A DNA stretch of 64,000 bases from Escherichia coli (GCF_030384885.1 NZ_CP128613.1); one strand, 5' to 3'. Positions 24,715 to 33,989 are shown, counted from the stretch's first letter. Notes: generated from the letters alone by a model not told the origin. Numbers and translations are program-made.

Positions 24715-26036
24715 TGCCTAAACTTGTCACTTGGATGAACAACCAGCGGGTAGGCGAGTTAACGAAGTTAGCCAATGGCGCGCACACCTTTAAGTATGCA
24801 CCGGAGTGGTTAGCCAACCGTTATGCCAGACCGTTATCACTTTCGCTGCCATTGCAGAGGGGGAATATCACCTCTGATGCCGTATTTAACTTCTTCGATA
24901 ACCTGTTACCCGATAGCCCGATTGTACGTGACCGGATCGTTAAACGTTATCATGCTAAATCCAAGCAACCGTTTGATTTATTGTCAGAAATAGGGCGAGA
25001 TAGCGTTGGTGCCGTAACGTTATTACCCGAAAATGAAACCATAACGCGCCCGATAATGGCATGGGAACAGCTCACTGAAGCCAGGCTTGAAGAAGTATTA
25101 ACGGCTTATAAAGCAGATATCCCTCTAGGCATGATTAGAGAAGAAAATGACTTTCGCATCTCGGTTGCTGGCGCGCAGGAGAAGACAGCGCTGCTCAGAA
25201 TAGGCAATGACTGGTGCATTCCGAAAGGAATAACGCCGACGACGCACATCATTAAATTACCGATTGGCGAAATCAGGCAGCCCAATGCGACGCTCGATCT
25301 CAGCCAAAGCGTTGATAATGAGTATTACTGTCTGCTGCTGGCGAAAGAACTTGGGTTGAATGTGCCGGACGCAGAAATCATTAAAGCGGGAAATGTGCGC
25401 GCGTTAGCGGTCGAACGTTTTGACAGGCGTTGGAATGCTGAGCGAACGGTTTTACTTCGCTTGCCACAGGAGGATATGTGTCAGACATTCGGTTTACCTT
25501 CATCGGTGAAATATGAATCAGATGGAGGCCCAGGCATCGCGCGGATCATGGCTTTTTTGATGGGGTCCAGCGAGGCGCTGAAAGATCGCTATGATTTTAT
25601 GAAGTTTCAGGTGTTCCAGTGGTTGATTGGCGCAACGGATGGCCATGCAAAAAACTTCTCCGTATTTATTCAGGCTGGCGGCAGTTATCGACTCACGCCA
25701 TTTTACGACATCATTTCAGCATTTCCGGTATTGGGTGGCGCAGGAATACACATCAGCGATCTCAAACTGGCAATGGGGCTTAACGCATCCAAAGGCAAAA
25801 AAACGGCAATCGATAAAATTTATCCGCGACATTTTCTGGCGACAGCAAAGGTGCTGAAATTTCCGGAAGTGCAGATGCATGAAATCCTGAGTGACTTTGC
25901 CAGAATGATTCCGGCAGCACTGGATAACGTGAAGACTTCATTACCGACAGATTTTCCGGAGAACGTGGTGACGGCAGTTGAAACCAATGTGTTGAGGTTG
26001 CACCGTCGGTTAAGCCGAGAATACGGTATTAAGTAA
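24714..26036 (+). CDS. hipA: HipA serine/threonine kinase toxin
   Basis: Track ORF 24657-26036; start placed at ATG 24714 (MPKLVTWMNNQRVGELTKL...), overlapping the hipB stop by one base (TAATG) as in the known operon. Confidence 0.9.
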   Translation: MPKLVTWMNNQRVGELTKLANGAHTFKYAPEWLANRYARPLSLSLPLQRGNITSDAVFNFFDNLLPDSPIVRDRIVKRYHAKSKQPFDLLSEIGRDSVGAVTLLPENETITRPIMAWEQLTEARLEEVLTAYKADIPLGMIREENDFRISVAGAQEKTALLRIGNDWCIPKGITPTTHIIKLPIGEIRQPNATLDLSQSVDNEYYCLLLAKELGLNVPDAEIIKAGNVRALAVERFDRRWNAERTVLLRLPQEDMCQTFGLPSSVKYESDGGPGIARIMAFLMGSSEALKDRYDFMKFQVFQWLIGATDGHAKNFSVFIQAGGSYRLTPFYDIISAFPVLGGAGIHISDLKLAMGLNASKGKKTAIDKIYPRHFLATAKVLKFPEVQMHEILSDFARMIPAALDNVKTSLPTDFPENVVTAVETNVLRLHRRLSREYGIK

Positions 26037-26112
26037 GATATGGGGTTTGGACGTTGTTAATGAGCAGGACAATCATGACCGCCAACGACTGGATTCTGCC
26101 TTGGTTTATGTT

Positions 26113-26126
26113 GGTGCGCATAATGT
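26113..26126. other. Left prophage-chromosome junction (dif-derived XerC arm fused to phage sequence)
   Basis: GGTGCGCATAATGT core followed by phage-derived CAACGCGTTATGTTGAAAAGG; sequence to the left differs from that left of the other two core copies, so it is chromosomal. Confidence 0.7.
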
Positions 26127-26210
26127 CAACGCGTTATGTTGAAAAGGCCGCTGCGAAAATCGAATCCCGCAGCGGCCTCTTTAGCATAACGTCATTGTGC
26201 GAACCAATAG

Positions 26211-27140
26211 CTACTTTTTCGTATAACTCTCTTCGCATTTAGCCAAAAACAGCAGATTAGTAGCGGTTAAATGAAGGGTATAACTCGCTAAATACTCAGG
26301 AACTTTTGTTATTTCTGCCCCTTGTCCATGTCCACCTTCTTTATTTCGAATGGTTGGAATACCACTCTCAAGTAGAATTCTTATTGAAGAAAATTGATTC
26401 TGGAGGTATTCAGGTACTAAATTATTTGCCAAACAACTGTTAATTAGTTTTTTAGCTGTGTCAGTATCATTAAATTGCCAAGAATGTTTTTTATGTATGG
26501 CTTTCATTAGACTTTCAAAAGATTTGAGGCAATCATTTAAACATTCTTTATATCGCTGATGTCTATAATGCTCATGGGCGGATAAAAACTCATCGTTTGC
26601 TCCGTTATAACTCTTGTTCTTACCAAGAATCTGAAGCGTAGGCTTTACAACATCAGAATGAATGAATTGTGAGTCAACTTTAACCAACTCTCCTGACTCA
26701 AATTGATATCCAAGACCTGCTTCTTTAAACCTGATATTAAGTTCTTCAATAGCATCATCAGGACTTTGCTTTACTAACCCTCTGAATTTCCACTCATTTG
26801 ATCTTATATACCCGTCTATCAGTTTGAAACATATCTCAATGATATCCAAGCATTTTTCATGATCTCTCTCAGCTAGGAAATAGTCAAAAATTGCCCCGAA
26901 ATTCGATTCAGGATACTGTTTGAGAGAGAATACACCATATTCCTTACACAGCGTTTTATGAACGAGTCTGTAAAGCTTACTTGCTTCCGTTTCATAGTCA
27001 CTATCTTCACCGATAGTATCTCTTACAATATGAACAACCTGAACACGAAATGCATTTGGTATATTCGTGTATTGGTAAACATCAGCTACTTCACCTCTTA
27101 ATTTTTTTTGTCTTTTTGAAAATAATTCGAATATAGCCAA
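26211..27140 (-). CDS. Prophage cargo: putative HEPN-domain (Abi_C/AbiJ-like) abortive-infection protein
   Basis: 309-aa ORF with a C-terminal R-x5-H-G motif (IRNKEGGHGQG) of the kind seen in HEPN/Abi_C RNase domains. Apparent TTG start with RBS GAGGA 7 nt upstream. Last gene of the leftward operon. Family assignment is from motif recall only. Confidence 0.5.
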   Translation of the reverse strand: MAIFELFSKRQKKLRGEVADVYQYTNIPNAFRVQVVHIVRDTIGEDSDYETEASKLYRLVHKTLCKEYGVFSLKQYPESNFGAIFDYFLAERDHEKCLDIIEICFKLIDGYIRSNEWKFRGLVKQSPDDAIEELNIRFKEAGLGYQFESGELVKVDSQFIHSDVVKPTLQILGKNKSYNGANDEFLSAHEHYRHQRYKECLNDCLKSFESLMKAIHKKHSWQFNDTDTAKKLINSCLANNLVPEYLQNQFSSIRILLESGIPTIRNKEGGHGQGAEITKVPEYLASYTLHLTATNLLFLAKCEESYTKK

Positions 27141-27223
27141 TTTATAATCCTCAAAGATATGCCATTAATATGTCTGAGTTGATGAAAATCACACCGCTTT
27201 TACAGTCGTTTTCCACGGTGGAG

Positions 27224-27646
27224 TTACCAGTAATATGAGTTTCTTCTGTGCCACCAATAAAGAAGTCCGTATCCAATGATAAGAATTCCGAAAAACATCA
27301 ACGACATTCCCCAGCCAGTTCCGTACCACGAAACCATATCATCGAAAACTAACCCACCCATTTCACGAACTCCGGCTGCTTCCTTAAGAATTGGTTTGAA
27401 TACCGGAATCAGAAGGGCGATCGCAAGTGGAGCACCCCAGCGAACAAGACCAGTTTCCATTTTGATCCCGAAAAAGATCCCCGCACCGACAACAAGCAAC
27501 CAGACTATCAGGCCAGGCGCAGTTTCTAGTGCTGTTTGCCATTCAACATCGAAAGTTTTCATTAGCCAGGCAACAACTGCCAGACAGAAAGCAAATACGC
27601 CTACAACAACCAGTTCAACGCCGCTTGTTTCGTTATTTCTACTCAT
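27224..27646 (-). CDS. Prophage cargo: small integral membrane protein (about 4 TM helices)
   Basis: Track ORF 27224-27793 trimmed to the internal ATG at 27646 (MSRNNETSGVELVVVGVFAF...) with RBS AAGGAT, which removes the overlap with the upstream gene. Four hydrophobic segments; function unknown. Confidence 0.55.
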   Translation of the reverse strand: MSRNNETSGVELVVVGVFAFCLAVVAWLMKTFDVEWQTALETAPGLIVWLLVVGAGIFFGIKMETGLVRWGAPLAIALLIPVFKPILKEAAGVREMGGLVFDDMVSWYGTGWGMSLMFFGILIIGYGLLYWWHRRNSYYW

Positions 27647-27734
27647 CCTTTTGATCCTTTGTTGCTGTTCAAAATCCGCACAATAAAGAACGTGCAGTGT
27701 AGGTAATACTGCACGTTTGTACCATTCGTGGTAC

Positions 27735-27917
27735 TTAATCCTTTTGTTTGGCAGACATGAGATCTTCTGCTGCATCTTTAGAGTAGTTATCAATCAGATA
27801 ACCTAAAATCTCTGTCCATGTAATTGTTTTTCCTAGTTTTACACTGGCATTTATAGCCAGTCGTTCTAGTTTCATTTTTCTTTCTTCCGTCACGTTATAA
27901 GTCGTGCGCTTTGCCAT
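27735..27917 (-). CDS. Small putative DNA-binding regulator (candidate phage repressor)
   Basis: 60-aa ORF divergently transcribed from gII, the position occupied by repressors in CTX-type phages; basic N-terminus (MAKRTTYNVTEERKMKLERLAI). Fold not verified. Confidence 0.4.
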   Translation of the reverse strand: MAKRTTYNVTEERKMKLERLAINASVKLGKTITWTEILGYLIDNYSKDAAEDLMSAKQKD

Positions 27918-27964
27918 TTTTTACGCTCGTTCAATGCAATATTTGAAGTGAGTATACATGCTCA

Positions 27965-28045
27965 TGAACTCATATCATCCAAGCCTCTTGAACTCACTAG
28001 CTCACTGGTGTAATGTTTAAACACTAATGAACTACTGAACTCATG
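27965..28045. promoter_or_regulatory. Divergent promoter/operator region with iterated TGAACTCA motifs
   Basis: TGAACTCA at 27965-27972, 27989-27996 and 28038-28045, plus the variant TGAACTAC at 28027-28034, between the regulator gene and gII. Confidence 0.5.
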
Positions 28046-28086
28046 TGTTAGTAAGTCGTCATTTTTGTAATTTTGAGGATTTATTC

Positions 28087-29139
28087 GTGATCGATTGGCT
28101 TACCGGGATTTTCCCTTGCACACACAAACCGCTTCCGGCGGGGAGTGTTGTCAGCGTTGATGCTGACGGTGCAATTGAGTGGGAAACCGTTAAGCGACTG
28201 ACTGTTCGCGGTTCGCATGAAGCAACGATGAAAGTACGATCGATAGGATCTAATGGCGAAGGTAAAGCGACACATTTGTACATTGATGGTAATCCTTCCA
28301 AGTTTCTGCAGGGGCATTCTGTTGTTGGGTCGGATGATATACAAGGGCTCATGTTGACGGTCTATGCCAGGATTTTATCCTTATTGAATATTCCTCATGA
28401 TTTAGCGGCTTATAAAGCCGTTATGGCAGGTCAGTATAAAATTTCACGTATTGACATTAATTACATGTATTCATTATCTACGCTGGAAAATGTCAGATCA
28501 TGGCTTTATGCCGCCGAATTTAAAGCTAAAACACGCCATGGTCGCGCATGTGGGAAAGGCGGTACAGTTTATTTAGGTAAAAACTCCCGTCGATGGAGTC
28601 TGAAATTTTATTCAAAATATGATGAACACGTTTCTGGTAAAAAAGGGCACCAGATAGCCGAAGAGTTTGTACGAGCCGGGTTACTGGACTGGACGAAAGA
28701 TAAATTACGTATTGAATTAACATTAAGAACAACTGAGCTTATTGATTTAAATTTAACGCTTGGCGCTAACTGGAATATGAAAACACCACGTCAATTATTC
28801 TCTGAATATGTAGGGAGAATAGAAATGAATCAGAATGCTATTTTAAGTGATGAAAAAATAACGAAACTGCCAAGAAAAATACAGTCAACTTATTTACTTT
28901 GGAAACAAGGGGCTAACATGAAAGAAATGTTACCTCATAACACTTTTTATCGCCATAGAAGAGAATTGCTTTCGTTCGGTATCGATATTAATTTCTATTG
29001 TGATTCACCAGACTCTAATAACGTTGTTCCGCTAATAAGAACGCTGGAAGCCAAGCCAGCGGAAATCCCCTTATGGATTTATGAGAAAGGTTTTATTTTC
29101 GATTACAACCGTATTTCGCACGCCAGTAGCTGGCATTAA
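28087..29139 (+). CDS. Replication initiation protein (gII-like rolling-circle nickase)
   Basis: Track ORF 28045-29139 (GTG). Preferred start is GTG 28087 with RBS GAGGA 7 nt upstream, giving N-terminus MIDWLTGIFPC... comparable to M13 pII MIDMLVLRLPF...; C-terminal NNVVPLIRT resembles pII NNVVPLVRF. Confidence 0.75.
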   Translation: MIDWLTGIFPCTHKPLPAGSVVSVDADGAIEWETVKRLTVRGSHEATMKVRSIGSNGEGKATHLYIDGNPSKFLQGHSVVGSDDIQGLMLTVYARILSLLNIPHDLAAYKAVMAGQYKISRIDINYMYSLSTLENVRSWLYAAEFKAKTRHGRACGKGGTVYLGKNSRRWSLKFYSKYDEHVSGKKGHQIAEEFVRAGLLDWTKDKLRIELTLRTTELIDLNLTLGANWNMKTPRQLFSEYVGRIEMNQNAILSDEKITKLPRKIQSTYLLWKQGANMKEMLPHNTFYRHRRELLSFGIDINFYCDSPDSNNVVPLIRTLEAKPAEIPLWIYEKGFIFDYNRISHASSWH

Positions 29140-29150
29140 AGGAAAGTAAT

Positions 29151-29468
29151 ATGTCTAATTATGGTCTTTTCGTTAAGGGTAAAATGTTGGGAGCCCGCCA
29201 ACGTAATAAAGTTAATGGTCAGGGCTATTATAATGAAATTGGTATTGGCCTTGAAATACCTGATGGTTTTGGTGGTACAAAGCAGGATCAAATTATTATT
29301 CGAGTTTCTCAGGCTCTCGTTAACGCAGGTCTAATGAACCAGGCGAATGCTTTCATTGGGAAATTAGTTCAAATTCCTGTCTATGTCCGTGCGTGGTCAA
29401 TGGAGGGTAGGGAAGGTGTAACTTATAATGTTTCTTCCGATGGTGGCATCGCAGAGATCAAAGGTTAA
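29151..29468 (+). CDS. ssDNA-binding protein (gV-like)
   Basis: 105-aa ORF immediately after gII with RBS AGGAAAG; position and size fit the inovirus ssDNA-binding protein. Confidence 0.65.
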   Translation: MSNYGLFVKGKMLGARQRNKVNGQGYYNEIGIGLEIPDGFGGTKQDQIIIRVSQALVNAGLMNQANAFIGKLVQIPVYVRAWSMEGREGVTYNVSSDGGIAEIKG

Positions 29469-29470
29469 AT

Positions 29471-29557
29471 ATGGACGATGTTATTCAAATTTTGATAGCG
29501 TCTGGCATCGTTATTTCTTTTGGCCTCGGCGCGATTACTGCGGGGGTCTTTCGTTAA
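29471..29557 (+). CDS. Minor coat protein (gVII-like), 28 aa
   Basis: MDDVIQILIASGIVISFGLGAITAGVFR resembles M13 g7p (MEQVADFDTIYQAMIQISVVLCFALGIIAGGQR). Below the ORF-track size cut-off; found by hand. Confidence 0.65.
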   Translation: MDDVIQILIASGIVISFGLGAITAGVFR

Positions 29558-29652
29558 TGTATATCGTTTATTTCTTCGGGGCTTATACCTTTGGTTTTGC
29601 CCTTTTCTATGCGGTCGGTTCATTTAAATCATTTTCTGACCGATTAATGTAA
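29557..29652 (+). CDS. Minor coat protein (gIX-like), 31 aa
   Basis: MYIVYFFGAYTFGFALFYAVGSFKSFSDRLM; start overlaps the gVII stop (TAATG) as in Ff phages; hydrophobic like M13 g9p. Confidence 0.6.
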   Translation: MYIVYFFGAYTFGFALFYAVGSFKSFSDRLM

Positions 29653-29671
29653 CCTTAATGGAGTTATTCCT

Positions 29672-29914
29672 ATGAAAATTCTGTCTACTGTTAAATATAA
29701 AGTTGCTCTGGCTTCAACTGCGCTTTTTATTTCTGCAAGTTCTTTTGCGGCTGAAGGCGCTACAGGTGGTACTGATTATGCAGGCCAGGCAATGGATGCT
29801 TTGTTGACTCAGGCAAATGATCTCATTGGTAAAGTATGGCCTGTTGTTGTGGCTGTGGTTGGCGCTGGGCTTGCCATTCGTATTTTCAAAAAATTCTCTT
29901 CAAAAGCGGTTTGA
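29672..29914 (+). CDS. Major coat protein (gVIII-like)
   Basis: 80-aa ORF with signal peptide ending SFAAEG and C-terminus [12 protein letters not shown], close to M13 g8p (...SFAAEG... IKLFKKFTSKAS). Confidence 0.9.
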   Translation: MKILSTVKYKVALASTALFISASSFAAEGATGGTDYAGQAMDALLTQANDLIGKVWPVVVAVVGAGLAIRIFKKFSSKAV

Positions 29915-29960
29915 ATTTCACTCAGGGGCACTCGTTGCCCCTTTATTAAAGCGGGTTACT

Positions 29961-31211
29961 ATGAAAAGGAAAATATTAATTCTTTCCGCTGTCCTCATTT
30001 CTCCTTTTTCACATGCTGAGTCATGGGAAAGCATTACTAAATCCACTTATCAAAGTTCTGCCTATGCTGAAAGTAAGCAAATAACCAATCAGGATGGCTC
30101 TAAGATAACGGTTTACTATATTGATGCTGCTATGCAGGCCTCCGCTTGTCAGGGTGCTAAATCCAGTGCTCAGAGTGTATTTACTCGGATTAAACCAACT
30201 TATGAGGGTATCTGGCCTGATTCTGAATTCCGTCTTGTTTTTACTGGCGATTGTACTTACAGCGATTCACCAGGGCAGAAGGATAAATATTGGTCTTTAA
30301 CGGCTTATATTGTTGGTAATATTCAGCGTTCTGTTCCTGATGAAAAACCTACTGACCCGACACCAGAAGAAATTTGTGAAGCGAAGCCGCCAGAAGAAGG
30401 TGTATTTAATAATGTTGATTCATATGATGGTGGTCGCTATATCTACTATAACGGCTGTGAATATGAGGCTACTGGTGTCATTGTTTGTCAGGGTGATGGT
30501 ACTGTTTGCGCTGCAACATGGAAGCCTACAGGTGCTGTAGCTGACCCCTCTGATAAACCCTCAACCCCCCAAAATGGTGGTGGTGAGTCTGGCGGTGGTG
30601 AGTCCGGCGGTGGTGAGTCCGGTGGTGGTGAGTCTGGCGGTGGTGAGTCCGGTGGCGGTAGTTCTGGCGGTGGCTCTAGTGGTTCCAGTCTTTCTAAAGG
30701 TGATATTCAGTCTGCGATCGAAGGTGCTTCACCCAAAATAGCCAGCGATATTCATGATAAATTAACGGAGAAAGACACTTCATCAGATGATAAAAAAAAT
30801 GCCGATGAACAAACCAGGAATAATATAAATCGTCTTGACGATTCCATTAACAATCTTACGCGGGGGGCTGGCCGTTTTGCTGACCCTTCAGGTGGTGATT
30901 CTCGTTATGGAAAGGGCGACTCTGAATTAGATGGCGCTTCTACTTTAGCTGATTCTGAATTGGGAATTGAAAAGGATTCTCACGGTGCTTTATGGGAAGC
31001 ATTTTTAAATAAAGGTGCTATGCTGCCTAATTTACCCAATGGTAACGGCTGCTCTGATTTTATTATTTTTCCCGGAGAGGTTTATCAGATTGATATTGGT
31101 TGCGATAAATTACTGACTATTAAAGATGTTCTTTCATGGGTTTTTTATTGCCTTACGTTCTGGTATGTCTTTACTTCTTTAACTTCATTGCTTCGCAAAG
31201 GGGGTGAGTGA
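29961..31211 (+). CDS. Adsorption protein (gIII-like) with Gly-rich linker
   Basis: Track ORF 29817-31211 trimmed to ATG 29961 ([19 protein letters not shown] signal peptide). GGGES x5 linker and C-terminal anchor (IDIGCDKLL...[17 protein letters not shown]) resemble M13 g3p. Confidence 0.85.
   Translation: MKRKILILSAVLISPFSHAESWESITKSTYQSSAYAESKQITNQDGSKITVYYIDAAMQASACQGAKSSAQSVFTRIKPTYEGIWPDSEFRLVFTGDCTYSDSPGQKDKYWSLTAYIVGNIQRSVPDEKPTDPTPEEICEAKPPEEGVFNNVDSYDGGRYIYYNGCEYEATGVIVCQGDGTVCAATWKPTGAVADPSDKPSTPQNGGGESGGGESGGGESGGGESGGGESGGGSSGGGSSGSSLSKGDIQSAIEGASPKIASDIHDKLTEKDTSSDDKKNADEQTRNNINRLDDSINNLTRGAGRFADPSGGDSRYGKGDSELDGASTLADSELGIEKDSHGALWEAFLNKGAMLPNLPNGNGCSDFIIFPGEVYQIDIGCDKLLTIKDVLSWVFYCLTFWYVFTSLTSLLRKGGE
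30575..30690 (+). repeat. Tandem 15-bp coding repeats (GGGES)n in the gIII linker
   Basis: Repeated ggtggtgagtc(c/t)ggc units read directly. Confidence 0.85.
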
Positions 31212-31552
31212 TGCCTTTATTATTAGGTATTCCTGCATTGTTGCGTTTTCTTATTGGTCTTGTTCCTTTGTTTATTGGCTATGTGGCGAGTTTTTTAGCT
31301 CGACTTGCTACCAGAACAGGATTAATTGCCTTTGCATTGGTCGCATTAATTACAACAACTGTTACGCTTTTAATGCAGTACCTTGCTGAGGTCATGTATA
31401 ACGGTTTACCTGCTGATTTCTCCCATTTAATGGCGTCTGTATTGCCTGACCATTTTCAGGCGTGTGTTAACGTTATTATGGTTACTCGTATCAGTGTTTT
31501 TGTTTTCGATTTAAAACAAAAATTTCTTGATTATGCAAACAGGGTGATTTAA
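31211..31552 (+). CDS. Minor coat protein (gVI-like)
   Basis: [24 protein letters not shown]... resembles M13 g6p MPVLLGIPLLLRFLGFLLVTLFGY...; ATG overlaps the gIII stop (TGATG). Confidence 0.85.
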   Translation: MPLLLGIPALLRFLIGLVPLFIGYVASFLARLATRTGLIAFALVALITTTVTLLMQYLAEVMYNGLPADFSHLMASVLPDHFQACVNVIMVTRISVFVFDLKQKFLDYANRVI

Positions 31553-32647
31553 ATGGCGGTTTATGTAGTAACAGGCAAATTAGGCTCAGGCAAGACACTT
31601 GTTAGTGTTTCCAGAATACAGGAAAGACTTGCTAAGGGTTGTCCTGTTGCCACTAATCTTGATCTTAAATTGCATAATATGCCTATGGTTGGGCGTTATG
31701 CGAAAAAAACGCGCGTTATTCGCATTCCTGACAAACCTTCATTAAATGATTTACTTGCTATTGGTACTGGGAATACATCTTACGATGAATCCCGTAATGG
31801 CCTCCTTGTACTTGATGAATGTGGTACTTGGTTTAATTCCCGCTCATGGGGTGATAAAGACAGGCAACCTGTTATTGACTGGTTTTTACATGCCAGAAAA
31901 TTAGGCTGGGATATTATATTTTTGATTCAGGATATTTCGATAATGGATAAGCAAGCTCGTCTGGCGCTTGCTGAGCATGTTGTTTATTGTCGCCGTTCAG
32001 ATAAATTAAACATTCCTTTTGTTGGCTCCATTATGAATTTGGTTTCAGGGGCGAGATTTTCTTTACCAAAGGTACACTTTGGCATTGTCAAATATGGTGA
32101 TAATGTTAATTCAATCACTGTTGATAAATGGATATATACAGGAAAATCTCTTTATTCTGCTTACAATACCAAACAAGCGTTCACAGATAATTATCCTCAT
32201 GGCGCATTTTCGCTTTTGCCACCATTTATCACGCACGGTCAATTTTCTGTTCACAGAGGATTTAATTATTATATGCGCCTCACTAAAATTTATTTTCGCA
32301 AATCGAACCGTCTTATATTAATGCTTTCTTTTTTGGCGCTGGGGCTTGCGTTTGGTTTCTGGCTCCAGTCTGGAAAGAATGTTGATGAAATCTCAGCTAT
32401 TAAATCTGCTTATGCTGAACAGGCGAGGGCGGTAACGCCTGATTCGTCCAGTGACTTACCCCGACTTTCTATTAATTCTTTTTCACAACTTGGCTTTGAC
32501 GTTTCCGTTACGTTTGTTGATGCAAAAGGTATGAAATATCAGTATTTTGATTTGATTAAAGATGGTTATTCCGTTGATATTAAAGATGCCTGTCGTGTTG
32601 TTATTAGAAAAGGCCGTTATTTACAGACTGTTACCTGTCAGGAGTAA
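31553..32647 (+). CDS. Assembly ATPase (gI-like; Zot family)
   Basis: MAVYVVTGKLGSGKTLVSV... resembles M13 g1p MAVYFVTGKLGSGKTLVSV...; Walker A GKLGSGKT; C-terminal TM segment. Confidence 0.9.
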   Translation: MAVYVVTGKLGSGKTLVSVSRIQERLAKGCPVATNLDLKLHNMPMVGRYAKKTRVIRIPDKPSLNDLLAIGTGNTSYDESRNGLLVLDECGTWFNSRSWGDKDRQPVIDWFLHARKLGWDIIFLIQDISIMDKQARLALAEHVVYCRRSDKLNIPFVGSIMNLVSGARFSLPKVHFGIVKYGDNVNSITVDKWIYTGKSLYSAYNTKQAFTDNYPHGAFSLLPPFITHGQFSVHRGFNYYMRLTKIYFRKSNRLILMLSFLALGLAFGFWLQSGKNVDEISAIKSAYAEQARAVTPDSSSDLPRLSINSFSQLGFDVSVTFVDAKGMKYQYFDLIKDGYSVDIKDACRVVIRKGRYLQTVTCQE

Positions 32648-32654
32648 TATTATT

Positions 32655-33920
32655 ATGCGCTCTGTTATTGTTGCTTTTTTATTTGCCTGTTCATTCTGCG
32701 TTTCTGCTGAAACTGTTAATTTAAATAATTCATCTGTTCGCTCATTTGTTCAGTGGTATTCTTCAAAAACTGGCAAGCCTGTTATTGTTAATCCTGATAT
32801 TAAAGGAAACGTAACCGTATTTAATGCTGATGTTAATCCAGCAAATATTGATGATTTCTTTAAGTCTGTTCTGAATGCTAACGGTTTTGTCATGCTTTCT
32901 GGCAATCCTGCGGTAGTCTCTTTGCCGTCTAAATTACCTTCACAGATGGTTTCGGATTCCGATGATTCTGATAACCAGTCTTATGATACTTTTCCTTCTG
33001 AGCCATCTTACCAGCCAGTACCTGTGGCGCTTACGGTCAGAAATTTTAAGCTGACAAAAGTTAGATCGTCCGATGTTCAGCAACTGATTAAAATTTATCT
33101 TGATTCTAATGGTGGTGGTAATGTCGTGGATTATCCAGGCAATAACTCGCTGATTGTTTCTGCGCCTGACGAGCTGCTGCCGGTTCTGTCCGATTTTATC
33201 AATTCTGTGGATGTTGCCCGCGATCAGGTTCTCATTCAGTCGCTGATGTTTGAAACCAGCTTGTCTGATGGCGTTGATTTATCGTTTGCGGCAGGTTCTG
33301 CATCCGGTCATAAGGTTGCGGGGGGCTTTAATACTTCTGCACTGGGTAGCGCTCTTTCTACGGCGGGCGGTTCTTTTGGTATTTTTGATGGTAACGTGTT
33401 GGCGCTGTCTCTGCGTGCTGTCCAGAGTAATTCACGCTCTAAGGTGATTTCAACGCCGCGTATTCTTACTCAGTCTGGTCAGACTGGTTACATTTCCGTA
33501 GGTAAGAATGTGCCGTTTATCACCGGAAAGGTAACGGGCGAATCTGCCGGGGTAAATAATCCGTTTCAGACTATCGAGCGTCATGATGTTGGCGTTTCTC
33601 TCAAGGTAACGCCTGTTGTCATGGGTAACGGGCAACTAGTTCTGACTATCGACACTCGCGCTGATTCAATCAGCAATGATGATCAGGCATCCGATATTAT
33701 TACTAATCAGCGCCAGATTCAGACGACAGTCCAGATTAAGGATGGTCAGACGTTGTTATTGGGAGGGCTTATCGATTCATCGTTCAGCAATGCCGAGCGT
33801 TCAGTTCCAGTTATAAGTAAAATTCCTCTTATAGGCTGGATTTTCAGTAGCAAGGCAGACAGCAATGAACAGCGTATTATGTATATTTTGCTTACAGCAC
33901 ATATCATTCGTCCACTTTGA
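32655..33920 (+). CDS. Outer-membrane secretin (gIV-like)
   Basis: Track ORF 32562-33920 trimmed to ATG 32655 (MRSVIVAFLFACSFCVSA signal peptide). Secretin C-domain (GQTLLLGGLIDSSFSNAERSVPVISKIPLIGWIFSS) resembles M13 g4p. Confidence 0.9.
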   Translation: MRSVIVAFLFACSFCVSAETVNLNNSSVRSFVQWYSSKTGKPVIVNPDIKGNVTVFNADVNPANIDDFFKSVLNANGFVMLSGNPAVVSLPSKLPSQMVSDSDDSDNQSYDTFPSEPSYQPVPVALTVRNFKLTKVRSSDVQQLIKIYLDSNGGGNVVDYPGNNSLIVSAPDELLPVLSDFINSVDVARDQVLIQSLMFETSLSDGVDLSFAAGSASGHKVAGGFNTSALGSALSTAGGSFGIFDGNVLALSLRAVQSNSRSKVISTPRILTQSGQTGYISVGKNVPFITGKVTGESAGVNNPFQTIERHDVGVSLKVTPVVMGNGQLVLTIDTRADSISNDDQASDIITNQRQIQTTVQIKDGQTLLLGGLIDSSFSNAERSVPVISKIPLIGWIFSSKADSNEQRIMYILLTAHIIRPL

Positions 33921-33962
33921 TGGATAGCGGGTAGGTGCGTGAGCCCTGCTCGCTATCCATCA
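33918..33962 (+). other. Strong stem-loop after gIV (candidate packaging signal, origin element or terminator)
   Basis: Perfect 12-bp inverted repeat TGATGGATAGCG / CGCTATCCATCA around a 21-nt loop, with no trailing T-run. Confidence 0.5.
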
Positions 33963-33989
33963 AATGGACATTATTGATTGGGGTAACTA

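Noticed and set aside
27224-27793. Longer 189-aa version of the prophage membrane protein
   Set aside because: The extended N-terminus overlaps the upstream 60-aa regulator gene in another frame and is hydrophilic and low-complexity; the internal ATG at 27646 has an RBS and removes the overlap.
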